IMG/VR virus record: IMGVR_UViG_3300023119_000004
Strand: one strand, 5' to 3'
DNA from: a virus
Lineage: Duplodnaviria; Caudoviricetes
DNA length: 64,000 nt
A program made the position numbers and the translations under genes. Of this stretch, positions 43,986 to 54,020 are shown in pieces. How positions within the stretch are numbered: the first letter of the stretch is position 1; each line of letters opens with the position of its first letter. The notes below the pieces were generated by a model. The model was not told the DNA's origin. It worked only from the letters and a program-made list of their open reading frames with translations, and did not search any database.

Positions 43986-45085
43986 AGTTTAAATCCTTTA
44001 AGTGATTCTTTATTAACGTCTTGCTTGATGCCTCCAACAATATAACTTTCAACTTCTGTTTCCTGTGGAGCAACTTGCAATCCACTACTACTTAACCAGT
44101 GCTGGGTCCATGGTAGCGGGTTCTGAGTTGATGATGCGTCAAAAATAGGATCGTAACCTAAAGCCTTTAATCTTCTATTTGCGATGTACTCGACGTAGTC
44201 ACCTAACAATCTTTCGTTAAGTCCAATAATTGATCCGTCCTTCATCAAGTGTTTTGCCCATGCTTTTTCTTCTTCTACACAATTACGCCACATATCATAA
44301 ACTTCGTCTGTACATGATTTTGCGATCTTTGCCATTTCGGCATCGTCATCACCACGTAGCCAGTTTTTAATAACGTGAGAACTAAGTGCTAAATGTTGTG
44401 CTTCGTCACGAGCAATAAGTGAAATAATTTTAGCAGAACCTTCCATTAGTTTCAATTCACCAAACGCAAACGTACAAGCAAATGAAACATAGAAACGTAG
44501 TCCTTCTAAAATATTAACATTCATCATAGCAAGGAACATTTGCTTTTTAACATCTTGTAGTGTTCCTTTCTTATGATGGAAGTACTGTTCAGCAGTTTCT
44601 GTAAAACTATCATAGTTTTTAGTTACAGAAGTTGCTCTTTTAATAATTTCTTTATCGTCTAAAATTTTGTCTAATACTTCACTTGGATCTGGATACACGT
44701 TTTTCATAATGTGTGTATAAGAACGTGAGTGAATAGTTTCAAAGAAGTCCCAAGTAACAATACAGCCTTCTAGTTCAGGTAGTGAACAATAAGGCAAGAA
44801 AGCCAAACAAGGTCCGCGACCCTGTACACTATCTAATAGTGTTTGATACTTTAGGTTAGAAGTAAAAATATGTTTTTGCTCTGGACGGAAATTAGCATAA
44901 TCTGCTCTGTCTTTTTGTAGACTTACTTCTTCTGGTCTCCAGAAATATCCAAGCATGGTTTGATTTAATTTATCAAACACAGGGAACTTGAATACATCAT
45001 ATCGTTGTGTATTCTGATCTGCTCCAAAAAACATATTCTGTTTTGTGAAGTCTACTTTATCTTTATTAAAGACAGTTTTTGCCAT
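43982..45085 (-). CDS. nrdB: Ribonucleotide reductase class Ia beta subunit
   Basis: FWRPEE, ETIHSRSYT, LEGLRFYVSF, RDEAQH. Confidence 0.97.
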   Translation of the reverse strand: MAKTVFNKDKVDFTKQNMFFGADQNTQRYDVFKFPVFDKLNQTMLGYFWRPEEVSLQKDRADYANFRPEQKHIFTSNLKYQTLLDSVQGRGPCLAFLPYCSLPELEGCIVTWDFFETIHSRSYTHIMKNVYPDPSEVLDKILDDKEIIKRATSVTKNYDSFTETAEQYFHHKKGTLQDVKKQMFLAMMNVNILEGLRFYVSFACTFAFGELKLMEGSAKIISLIARDEAQHLALSSHVIKNWLRGDDDAEMAKIAKSCTDEVYDMWRNCVEEEKAWAKHLMKDGSIIGLNERLLGDYVEYIANRRLKALGYDPIFDASSTQNPLPWTQHWLSSSGLQVAPQETEVESYIVGGIKQDVNKESLKGFKL

Positions 45086-45158
45086 TTTCCTTTATACCTC
45101 TTTCATAACCCAAGTATTATAGTTATCTTATTATACTTGAGAATTAATTTTTGTCAAC

Positions 45159-47489
45159 CTAAATTGTACAACTTTCGCAATGCTCTTCGTCCAAATCTCC
45201 ATTAACCTGAAGTTCTGGTTCAAAACCATTTGGTGTACCTTCAACTCTTGGCTCTTCTTCAATCTCACTTGGATCAGTTTTAAAGTCGTAAGTGTTTTGG
45301 TAGTAACTTGTTTTCCAACCTAGTTTATATGTGGTTAGCATATCTTGTAACATAACACTCATAGGAACTTCATTGTTCTCAAAGTGTGTTGGATTGTATG
45401 ACCAATTACCACTAATTGCTTGATCAAAGAACTTTTGCATAACAGCAACAACATTAATATAACCTTCGTTGCTTGGCATATCCCAAAGCAATGTGTAATA
45501 GTTTTTTAGAGTTTGGTACTGCGGAACAATCTGCTTAAGAGGCCCTTTCTTTGACTTCTTAACGGACAAGTAACCTCTAGGTGGCTCGATGCCATTTGTT
45601 GCGTTCGACACAATGGAACTGCTCTCTGAAGGCATCTGTGCGGACAACGTTGAGTGCCGTAATCCGTGTTCCTTAATATATCTTCTAAGATCTTCCCAAT
45701 CATATTTTAATGTAATATTACATACCTCGTCTAAATCTTTCTTATAATGATCAATTGGAAGTAAGCCGTCTGCATACTTTGTTCTTTCAAAATACTCACA
45801 CTGACCTTTTTCTTTAGCAAGTGTTGCCGAAGCATGAAGCAAGTAATATTGAAATGCTTCTGTTAACTCGTGTACTTTAGTTAGTGCTTTTTTGTCACTA
45901 TATTTAACTTGATTCTTTGCAAGGTAATGTGCTAATCCAATGTATCCAATACCTAATGAACGTCTTGCTTTAGTAGATTTTTCAGCCGCTTCTACTGGAT
46001 AACGTTGATAGTCAATAATTTCATCTAGTGAACGTACAGCAAGATCACATAGGTCTTCTAAGTCATCTAAATTTTTCAATACACCAACGTTAATAGCACT
46101 AAGAATACATAATGCAATTTCACCTTCCTTGTCATCAATATGCTGTAAAGGTTTGGTTGGTAGTGTAATTTCTTGACATAGGTTACTCATGTAAACTGTG
46201 TCTTTAAATGAACTATGTGTGTTAGCATGGTCGACATTCATGATGTAGATACGTCCTGTTTCTGCACGTTCTTTAATCAATGCAGAAAATAAATCCATTG
46301 CTGAAATCTTCTTTTTGCGAAGTGATGTTTTACGCTCATACTTTTCGTATAGTTCTTTAAACTTGTCTTGGTCTGCAAAAAATGCTTCGTACAAATCAGG
46401 TACTTCATGTGGCGAGAAAAGAGTAATATCGCCGTCGGACAATAACCTTTCGTACATTAATTTGTTAAGTTGAATTGAATAATCTAATCTACGTACACGG
46501 TTATCTTCTGTACCTTTGTTATTTTTTAGCACTAGAATATCTTCAATTTCATAATGCCAAATAGGGAAGTGGGTAGTTGCATTACCGCCACGCACTCCGT
46601 TCTGTGTACAACATCTTACAGTTGATTCAAACTTCTTTAGGAACGGAACTACTCCCGTATGTGCAACTTCGCCTCCTCTGATCTTCGAATTGATCGCTCT
46701 AATTCTTCCTGCGTTGATTCCAATACCTGCTCTTTGGGCAGTATAACGTCCAATAGCCATATCACTGCTAAAAATGGAATTGAGAGTATCATCGCTGTCA
46801 ACAAGAACACAAGAAGCAAACTGACGAAGAGGAGTTCGTACACCTGCCATAACAGGGGTGGGGATGTTGATTTTAAAAAGTGAGGTCGCATCGTAATATC
46901 TCCTTACATATGATAGCCTTGTTTCCTTAGGGTATTCAGCAAATAGTGTTGCCGCAATCATCATATACATCATTTGTGGAGATTCAAAAATTTCACCACT
47001 ACTTCTATCTTGTACTAGATACTTGTCAACTACTTGACGCAAACCTGCATAGGTAAAGTTTTCATCACGTTTGTGTTTGATGTATTTGTTAAGTTGTTTA
47101 ATTTCATCTTCAGAATACTTTTCAAGGATAGCAGGATCATACACACCTCTTTCAATATTTTTGTTAATCATTTCTTGTAAAGTGATTGCATTGTATTGAC
47201 CAAAAGATTCTTTATAGATAGGATATAATAAAAGTCTTGCCGCCGCAAATTGATAGTTAGGTGCGTCTAACGAAATAAGATCGTTAGCACTCTTGATTAA
47301 AATTTCTTGAATTTCCGCAGTACTCATACCATCGTAAAACTGAATATTTGCATTCATTTCAATTTGTGAACTACTTACATGAGCAAGTCCTTCACAAGCC
47401 TCTTCCACTACAAAATGAATTTTATTCACGTCGAGTGGCATTAACGATCCATCACGCTTACGAATGTGGATACCTGCGCCGTTTGACAT
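45159..47489 (-). CDS. nrdA: Ribonucleotide reductase class Ia alpha subunit with ATP cone
   Basis: QFASCVL, SNLCQEI, ALCIL, C-terminal CESCTI. Confidence 0.97.
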   Translation of the reverse strand: MSNGAGIHIRKRDGSLMPLDVNKIHFVVEEACEGLAHVSSSQIEMNANIQFYDGMSTAEIQEILIKSANDLISLDAPNYQFAAARLLLYPIYKESFGQYNAITLQEMINKNIERGVYDPAILEKYSEDEIKQLNKYIKHKRDENFTYAGLRQVVDKYLVQDRSSGEIFESPQMMYMMIAATLFAEYPKETRLSYVRRYYDATSLFKINIPTPVMAGVRTPLRQFASCVLVDSDDTLNSIFSSDMAIGRYTAQRAGIGINAGRIRAINSKIRGGEVAHTGVVPFLKKFESTVRCCTQNGVRGGNATTHFPIWHYEIEDILVLKNNKGTEDNRVRRLDYSIQLNKLMYERLLSDGDITLFSPHEVPDLYEAFFADQDKFKELYEKYERKTSLRKKKISAMDLFSALIKERAETGRIYIMNVDHANTHSSFKDTVYMSNLCQEITLPTKPLQHIDDKEGEIALCILSAINVGVLKNLDDLEDLCDLAVRSLDEIIDYQRYPVEAAEKSTKARRSLGIGYIGLAHYLAKNQVKYSDKKALTKVHELTEAFQYYLLHASATLAKEKGQCEYFERTKYADGLLPIDHYKKDLDEVCNITLKYDWEDLRRYIKEHGLRHSTLSAQMPSESSSIVSNATNGIEPPRGYLSVKKSKKGPLKQIVPQYQTLKNYYTLLWDMPSNEGYINVVAVMQKFFDQAISGNWSYNPTHFENNEVPMSVMLQDMLTTYKLGWKTSYYQNTYDFKTDPSEIEEEPRVEGTPNGFEPELQVNGDLDEEHCESCTI

Positions 47490-47541
47490 CTATCTTCTCC
47501 TTAAATTTAATCCTGTTAATCTTTATGATGTTGTAGTGTAT

Positions 47542-47970
47542 TTATTGTAGTGGTATCATTGGATATATGCGTTGTGAAACAATATTAGAGGGTAAATCCG
47601 TCTTTTGGCAAACCTCATTTAGTTTGTAACATAATACATATTGATCGTCAATAATGACCGGGTACATTACCTCATCGTTTATTGTATCTGTACAGATATG
47701 TATCTCAAATTTGCTTTGAGAAAACCTATCAGTTAATTGTAAACTATAACACACTCCAAGGCTATTTGTAAAGTCACAAATTTTATTTTGGCAAAGTAGT
47801 TCCCAAGGATCAGGCCAAGTCTTTTGATCCCAAGGATCAACACTTAATTTACACTTATTAAGTGTGTTATAATGTTTTATCACATCTTCAAAGGGAGTCG
47901 CACTTGTTTCTAAACGTTTTCTAAAGTTTATCCAACTGGAGAGTTTGGTTTCGAAATTTTCTTCTTGCAT
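47542..47970 (-). CDS. Hypothetical protein
   Basis: WPDPWEL conserved-looking motif. Confidence 0.65.
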   Translation of the reverse strand: MQEENFETKLSSWINFRKRLETSATPFEDVIKHYNTLNKCKLSVDPWDQKTWPDPWELLCQNKICDFTNSLGVCYSLQLTDRFSQSKFEIHICTDTINDEVMYPVIIDDQYVLCYKLNEVCQKTDLPSNIVSQRIYPMIPLQ

Positions 47971-49599
47971 TTACGACTTATATTTTACTTTAAAAAGGAT
48001 TGAACCAGTATCACTAGTTGTAGTGTTAATCATTTCGATAACGATTGTATCAGTATTACCATCGCCATCTTCATCCGAAAGAACAGATCTAAACTGTAGA
48101 TTATTTCGAACTGTATCATCACCTAAGAAAGTAAAGTCGTCGCTTGTAGTTGTTGTTCCGTCTGCTCTGTTAACCAAAATGTCCAAGACACCTTCACGTA
48201 GTGCATTCACGTGTGTTGATTTATAAATGTATTCAACTTCAATATTTTTAGATACTTCACCGGATGCTCTTAAAATTCTTACATAACTGTTCTGTTGTGT
48301 AATAGGAATTCTATAAGAAAATCCGTTTTCAAACACCCCTGGACCTTCAATGTCTGGAGTATATTTGTAACCTGAAATTAATGTTTGGTTAAATGACAAG
48401 TCACTTGTTCTATCAAAGAAGTCATTGTTACTGCTGTTCGAAAGAGCAGTACCTTCTGTAAACTTGATAGTTGAATGAATAGCGTTTGCATTAGCGCCAC
48501 CTAAGTTACCAACATTTACAAAACTATTGTTTGAACTAGTATTGTAATTACCAATATTAACTAGGATACCGTGTTGGTCAATATCTCTAAATTTACTATT
48601 TGTTATAAGGTTACGTTGTGGACCATGTAGTTGTCCTTGTGATCCAATAATTGTATTCAAGCCAAGTACAACACCGTGACCTAATGTAACAAAGTCGACA
48701 TTTGAAAATGTATTGTCTACAACATCAAAGTCGGAAAACACACCATAAGCAAAACCTTCGATTAAAACATTATTAATATAGTTGTCGTTAGTGCTTACAC
48801 TTGTCGATAAACTGTTTAACCTAATGCCAATTTGGTCTGCGCCAAGAGCATTGTTTGCTTCCCAGATACCTTTAATTGCTAAATCTTCAAAATGACTGCT
48901 ACGACAACTTTGCAATTTTAATCCTGTGTTAGTCGTTTGTTGTAGTAGTGTTAATCCTTTAATTGTAATCTTTTTTGCTTGATTATTAAATGTACTTGTT
49001 GCATCAAGAGCATAACTGTTTGGACTACTTGCTTCATTAACTGTTTCCATGATAGGAGCATTTGCTGTTTGTACAATAACAGTCTTTTCACTACCTTCAC
49101 CAATAATGTTTGCATTAGGTGGAATTCTTAATGGAGAAGAAAGGTTATATGTTCCTGCTGGAATCACTAACGCAATTCTACTAGGTACACTACCTTTACT
49201 TGCTGGGTTTAAATATAATTCATCAATTGCTCTTTGAAGAAATACTGTTTGATCTGACCCGTCGCCTGTTGCGCCAAAACTTTTAACACTAACTGACTCG
49301 TCTAATCTTTCTTGTAAGGAACGTGTAACAGGATTTGTAATCGTTGGTCCTGTTTGGATAGTATCAATTTCTGCTTTATATTCATAAGTGTCTGCAAAGT
49401 TAAAAAGATTGTCATGTTCAGTAATAACTTTAGTATTACCAACTGCTGGCGATCCTTCTGAAACAGAGCCATTACCAATGTAAAGTTCTCTTGTGTCTAC
49501 TGCCCAACCAAACTCGCCACCTGCTAATTGCGGTACTCCCGAGCCTTGGTTCTTTTGTCCTCTACGGACTTGAATACGTGATATTTGTACTATTGCCAC
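47971..49599 (-). CDS. Virion structural protein (Mtd-N-like N-terminus, pectin-lyase-like beta-helix)
   Basis: MAIVQISRIQVRRG..PQLAGGEFGWAVDTRELYIGNG; VKSFGATGDG; late promoter at 49621-49628. Confidence 0.75.
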   Translation of the reverse strand: MAIVQISRIQVRRGQKNQGSGVPQLAGGEFGWAVDTRELYIGNGSVSEGSPAVGNTKVITEHDNLFNFADTYEYKAEIDTIQTGPTITNPVTRSLQERLDESVSVKSFGATGDGSDQTVFLQRAIDELYLNPASKGSVPSRIALVIPAGTYNLSSPLRIPPNANIIGEGSEKTVIVQTANAPIMETVNEASSPNSYALDATSTFNNQAKKITIKGLTLLQQTTNTGLKLQSCRSSHFEDLAIKGIWEANNALGADQIGIRLNSLSTSVSTNDNYINNVLIEGFAYGVFSDFDVVDNTFSNVDFVTLGHGVVLGLNTIIGSQGQLHGPQRNLITNSKFRDIDQHGILVNIGNYNTSSNNSFVNVGNLGGANANAIHSTIKFTEGTALSNSSNNDFFDRTSDLSFNQTLISGYKYTPDIEGPGVFENGFSYRIPITQQNSYVRILRASGEVSKNIEVEYIYKSTHVNALREGVLDILVNRADGTTTTSDDFTFLGDDTVRNNLQFRSVLSDEDGDGNTDTIVIEMINTTTSDTGSILFKVKYKS

Positions 49600-49623
49600 T
49601 TTGCTATACTCCTTACATAGTAT

Positions 49624-50304
49624 TTATGCAAAACGGTCATAGTACATATATACCCTATCCCACCATTTTGATTCCCAGTGTTTAAATTCGTCTGGTGTTA
49701 GATCAAACTGCTGGTATTGTAGGTCTCTACTGCACATAAACACATGGCCTTCTTTAATGTCGGTGCCATACACTTCGTTGTGTGCAAGAGCATAGGCTAC
49801 AAGTTGTAGGTAATAATCTTCAACCCATTCTTTTTTCTTGGGTTTGTTAGTTTGTTTAAAGTCCATGATAGCCGGCTGGCCTTTGTATGTTCCTACAAGA
49901 TCAGTCGTTCCTGCGTAAATTTGAGGGTGATACAGGTTGATTTCACTACCCCATATTTCGTCTACATCTACCATAGCATTTTCTTTAACTTGCTCAGCCA
50001 TCTTATGTGCTTGTTGCGAATAAGGATTACTTCCTGGGTGTCCCCATTCACCTGTGTCAATATAATCTTCTAAAAATTTGTGCATACGTGTTCCAACACT
50101 TGCGGCTTCAGTAACAATCTCTTGTGCTTTTTGTTCGCCTACACGTTTCTTCCAAGCAATTAGATGTGTCTTGTCTTTTGTTTTATCAAGTATAGTTGTA
50201 ACACTTGCAACAGCATTGCCGTCTGGACAAGCATACAATCGTTTGCCGTCTACTTGCTGTCGTTTGATTTCTTGGTAATCGTATCTATTAGTAATTAAAC
50301 TCAT
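49624..50304 (-). CDS. PD-(D/E)xK exonuclease (lambda-exo/Cas4-like)
   Basis: SVTTIL, GTRMH, YAGTTDL..IMDFKQ, QLVAYA. Confidence 0.88.
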   Translation of the reverse strand: MSLITNRYDYQEIKRQQVDGKRLYACPDGNAVASVTTILDKTKDKTHLIAWKKRVGEQKAQEIVTEAASVGTRMHKFLEDYIDTGEWGHPGSNPYSQQAHKMAEQVKENAMVDVDEIWGSEINLYHPQIYAGTTDLVGTYKGQPAIMDFKQTNKPKKKEWVEDYYLQLVAYALAHNEVYGTDIKEGHVFMCSRDLQYQQFDLTPDEFKHWESKWWDRVYMYYDRFA

Positions 50305-50312
50305 AATTTATC

Positions 50313-50846
50313 CTATTGGGCAGGTTTCCACTTTGCTTCAAAATTAATAACCAAACAACGCCTCTTGTGTTTATAAGGATAAGTTCCGTGATTAACATTA
50401 CCATTCATGATAATTGTTTTGCCAGGTGCTGGTGGAAATTCGTGGAATTCTATTTGTGTATTCGGGTGTGCCATCATGGTATATAGACACCCATCTTGTT
50501 TGAACATTTCATCCTGTTCTTTATGATCAAAGTACATAACTGTACTAATTAGATTTTCTTTGCCTGTATGATTATGAATGCCTTGGTAGCCATAAGGTTT
50601 GTATTCAATATACCAAGATTGATCTGGTTTAATTGATTCTATTGGAATATTTAGGTTTTGTACTTTGTCTAACACCCAGGAAATATATTCAGATGATATC
50701 GAATTAAGATCAATGTCGTGCTGTATTCTATCTGGGTATGTTACAGTTTCTTTAAAACTATCAATCATAATCCTATGCATAATTTCATAGTTATGATATT
50801 CAGTTTCAATTAAAAACTGTCCTTCAGCAAAGTAGTTATTATCCAT
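50313..50846 (-). CDS. 2OG-Fe(II) oxygenase-like
   Basis: SW..Y...GYQGIHNH...HGTYP..RR.LVINF. Confidence 0.7.
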   Translation of the reverse strand: MDNNYFAEGQFLIETEYHNYEIMHRIMIDSFKETVTYPDRIQHDIDLNSISSEYISWVLDKVQNLNIPIESIKPDQSWYIEYKPYGYQGIHNHTGKENLISTVMYFDHKEQDEMFKQDGCLYTMMAHPNTQIEFHEFPPAPGKTIIMNGNVNHGTYPYKHKRRCLVINFEAKWKPAQ

Positions 50847-51660
50847 TCGGAGTGTCCGGATTTAGTTGAGTTTGCATTCCTGGAATTGCTTCGTCTGGTT
50901 TGTAGTATTCAAAATCAAAATCAACAACAAAACTTCTTCTAGGTGCTTTACATGGATATACTCCATGCCATACTCTGCCATCCATTAAGATAGTACGTCC
51001 TGGATACGGACCAAATTGATTGTATAACATAGTACCATCTGGATGTGGCATTAGTGTATAAAGCATTCCGTTCTGAGGAGTCATGCCGTTCTGTGTGCCT
51101 GACACTTCTTGTTGGTCATCCATAAACATAACCATACTAATACATAACGGTCCATGATGATGTATTGCTTGATATCCGTAATCATAATAATCAACACACC
51201 AAGTCTTACTTACTTTAATACTTTTAATAGGTAGCATATATTTACGGATATTTTTCATAACCCATTCACCTAGTTTATTCCAATTAATATCGTCAAACTT
51301 TTCTTTATCAATTGGCGGAAAGTTAGATGCTACTGAAGGTTCAAATTTTGTTTCTTTAAGTGTTTCACTGCTAGGAAAGCCTGCAACCTCTGGACTGTCA
51401 GGATTTAGTTTGTCTGAGCGTACTACTGAACCGCCAAACTGTGGAAGTATAGCAGGTGTAATATCGTATTGGTAACCATTAAACGTTGTTTTGATTTCAC
51501 TTTCATCTTCGCCTCTAAACTTTTCATTTTCAAACAACGGCAAAAACTCTTCGTAGAAAGGACACTTTGCATCAATAATCCACTGATTATTTGCACTATG
51601 GAAATTAGGATCAATACTAAAATCTCTTTGTATATTCTGTCCAACTTTTTTAAATGTCAT
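50839..51660 (-). CDS. 2OG-Fe(II) oxygenase-like, paralogue of neighbour
   Basis: TW..Y...GYQAIHHH...HGVYP..RRSFVVDF. Confidence 0.7.
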   Translation of the reverse strand: MTFKKVGQNIQRDFSIDPNFHSANNQWIIDAKCPFYEEFLPLFENEKFRGEDESEIKTTFNGYQYDITPAILPQFGGSVVRSDKLNPDSPEVAGFPSSETLKETKFEPSVASNFPPIDKEKFDDINWNKLGEWVMKNIRKYMLPIKSIKVSKTWCVDYYDYGYQAIHHHGPLCISMVMFMDDQQEVSGTQNGMTPQNGMLYTLMPHPDGTMLYNQFGPYPGRTILMDGRVWHGVYPCKAPRRSFVVDFDFEYYKPDEAIPGMQTQLNPDTPNG

Positions 51661-51672
51661 TAACTTAACTCC

Positions 51673-52266
51673 TTAAATGCGGAAATAACTTCTGTTCCGT
51701 CCTTCTAGATTAATAGTAAACACAATTCTATCTTCATCTGTTTCATTCTTTTGGGTTTGGTGTGTAAGCCATCCAGGGAAGATTAAAACGTCATTTGTTT
51801 TTACACTAACTTCTCGCCAGTAGTCGTGTATAGTGCTTTTAGGAATACGACTGTATGCTACCCACTTATCTCTTAATAGTTGTTCAAACTCAATATTACC
51901 ACCATTAGGAGGATTAACAACGTATGTGCTTACTACCAAACTTGACGATCCATGATCGTGTGGCATAGTCCATGCACCTTGTTTATGTAGGTTAGTCCAA
52001 CTACCTGTAATAACAATGTCTGAAAAATCAACGTCCCATTCACGTAGAGCAATTTCTAACTTTGGATATAACCATCTAATAAAGTCTTGGTTACATTCCC
52101 ATTCGTGTGGAGGGTTTAGATGTCCTGCTGATGAACGTCCGCCATCTGCTTCAGTCTGATGTAGTTCTGCTTCTTTATCAATATAGGATTTGAACTGTTC
52201 GATGTCGAATCCTGGTTCATAATGATATTTGTATACCAAATTTGGTACTATTGAAACTTCTGACAT
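51673..52266 (-). CDS. 2OG-Fe(II) oxygenase (TIGR02466-like)
   Basis: SWTN..PHDH...FPGWLTH...RIVFTIN; early promoter at 52286-52314. Confidence 0.85.
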   Translation of the reverse strand: MSEVSIVPNLVYKYHYEPGFDIEQFKSYIDKEAELHQTEADGGRSSAGHLNPPHEWECNQDFIRWLYPKLEIALREWDVDFSDIVITGSWTNLHKQGAWTMPHDHGSSSLVVSTYVVNPPNGGNIEFEQLLRDKWVAYSRIPKSTIHDYWREVSVKTNDVLIFPGWLTHQTQKNETDEDRIVFTINLEGRNRSYFRI

Positions 52267-52319
52267 TCTTTACTCCTTGTGCTATAGTATATAACAAAAG
52301 TTACAAGTTGTCAAGTAAA

Positions 52320-52670
52320 TTATGAGAGTGCGTTATCTGTTGCTCTTTGAGCCATTTGGTCAACTTCGCCGTCTGCAGGCTCTTCACCACCTGTCATTGG
52401 TTCTTCGGAGTCTGTTTTAGTTGCAAGTGTTAATCCCTTATCGTCAAAGTTTTTGATAAGTGGTTGAATATCTGGATTAGCATCATAAATCATTTTGAAA
52501 CCATCAAAGTCAAACTGTGGTGCTTTCATATTACGCATGATTTGGTTTAGTGCGTCCCAAGATAGATAGGCAGGCTGATCTTGATTGTCAGCACTACCTA
52601 TCATGTTTCTTAAAACTTTAATGAGAATGTTTTTGGAAGGTTCTTCTTCCTCAGATAACGTTAGGCCTTT
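52320..52670 (-). CDS. -1-frame extension of the scaffold-like protein (ORF track calls it from ATG 52604)
   Basis: Frame open from TTC at 52679 to stop at 52320; no SD before ATG 52604. Confidence 0.6.
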   Translation of the reverse strand, partial: KGLTLSEEEEPSKNILIKVLRNMIGSADNQDQPAYLSWDALNQIMRNMKAPQFDFDGFKMIYDANPDIQPLIKNFDDKGLTLATKTDSEEPMTGGEEPADGEVDQMAQRATDNALS

Positions 52671-53560
52671 TTTTTTGAATCAGTTAATAACTGACCTAAT
52701 CTTCTGCTTCTTAGTACGCTTTCTCGTTTGGCCCTGTCTGCCGTTTCTTCTCCGCCTGTTGCTGGTTCACTTGCGGCAAATTCGTCTGCTACTGGTTCTT
52801 CAGCACCGGCTTCTTGATCAACTGTAGGTTCCATTGCTGGTTCCTCTGCTGGAGCCTCACCTTCTGCTCCTGGCATAGTTTCTGGTCCGCCTTCGCCTGT
52901 TACAATGGCTACGCCACTTGTTAGTGCATCACGAGTTGTTTCGAATGTTGTGTAAAGAGATTCAAGTGCTGGTTTTACAGTATTAACAAATTGCTCACTT
53001 ACTTCTGAACCTAGTTCGTCTCTAATCTTGTCGCCTAGTTCTAGCATTGATTCTGTTTGCATTTCTGCTGTATCTTCCATCCAGCCTGTAATTCTGTCAA
53101 CCATGTCCTTAGCGGCCATGACCAAAGTTGCTTCTTCTTCAGCACCTTCTTTTACTACAGACTCATCTTTCTTGCCAAAGTATTTCTTTTGCTTGTCTGA
53201 CATACCTGAGTCTTTGCCTGATTCTTTATCTTTGATAGCCTTCTTCATAGGCTCTTTTTTGTCACCATCTTTGTCCATATCAAGGAAGTCTGGTTTTGCT
53301 TCATTAGTTTCACGTTCAGAAATTTCAGCGTTAATAACATCAAGGAACATTTTTGCTTTCTGATAAGTGTCGCTAGTGTTTACAGATTCAAACTTTTCAC
53401 TCATTTCAACTTGACTAAGTTGTGTACGTAATCTATTACGTGCATCTTCGAGTTGTTCATTAGTAAACTTCTCTATTGCAATACGTTGTCCAAAGGTCTT
53501 AGCAAGGCTCTCATTTAGCGCCTTTGCTGTTAATGGTTTTCTAAGTTCTTTTAATTTCAT
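52661..53560 (-). CDS. Prohead core/scaffold-like acidic coiled-coil protein
   Basis: E/A-rich; KPDFLDMDKDGDKKEPMKKA motif; late promoter at 53586-53593. Confidence 0.55.
   Translation of the reverse strand: MKLKELRKPLTAKALNESLAKTFGQRIAIEKFTNEQLEDARNRLRTQLSQVEMSEKFESVNTSDTYQKAKMFLDVINAEISERETNEAKPDFLDMDKDGDKKEPMKKAIKDKESGKDSGMSDKQKKYFGKKDESVVKEGAEEEATLVMAAKDMVDRITGWMEDTAEMQTESMLELGDKIRDELGSEVSEQFVNTVKPALESLYTTFETTRDALTSGVAIVTGEGGPETMPGAEGEAPAEEPAMEPTVDQEAGAEEPVADEFAASEPATGGEETADRAKRESVLRSRRLGQLLTDSKKKA
52667..52679 (-). other. Slippery site TTC-A9-G containing A AAA AAG
   Basis: GAT TCA AAA AAA AAG GCC TAA. Confidence 0.7.
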
Positions 53561-53594
53561 AGTTTTTGTTCCTTACGCTTAATGTTATTTATCA

Positions 53595-54020
53595 TTATTC
53601 ATCAAATATATAGTGATCAATCTGGTCCATAGTATCGAACGTTTTGTCCTTAGCAATCTCAAATCGTGTAATAATTGCTTCTTTACGCCATTCATCTTCT
53701 GTTTTTTCGATAACATTCTTATGAAACAGGCTATCCATATAGTGTTTACATAGCAAATTATCCAAACTTAATATGTGATCGCAGTCGTGATCACGGTTCT
53801 TTTCACGTGCTTTTGCGTATGCTATAGCACCCCTTTTACTAAAGGTTTCTGCTACCCTTTGATGTGTTTTAACATCAAATACTAAAAAGCCATCTCTCGA
53901 CTTGCGTATAACAGTATTACGTATTCTAATGCTTTTACCTTTTGCATAAGGCAAATGTACTTCTTGCAATCCTTTTTCCATGATTGCATTAAGTTCTTTA
54001 ATTATTTCGTGGTTTTTCAT
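53595..54020 (-). CDS. Hypothetical late protein
   Basis: MKNHEI leader. Confidence 0.65.
   Translation of the reverse strand: MKNHEIIKELNAIMEKGLQEVHLPYAKGKSIRIRNTVIRKSRDGFLVFDVKTHQRVAETFSKRGAIAYAKAREKNRDHDCDHILSLDNLLCKHYMDSLFHKNVIEKTEDEWRKEAIITRFEIAKDKTFDTMDQIDHYIFDE

Noticed and set aside
43982-47489. Introns or inteins in nrdA/nrdB
   Set aside because: Both ORFs are uninterrupted and of ordinary length (776 and 367 aa).
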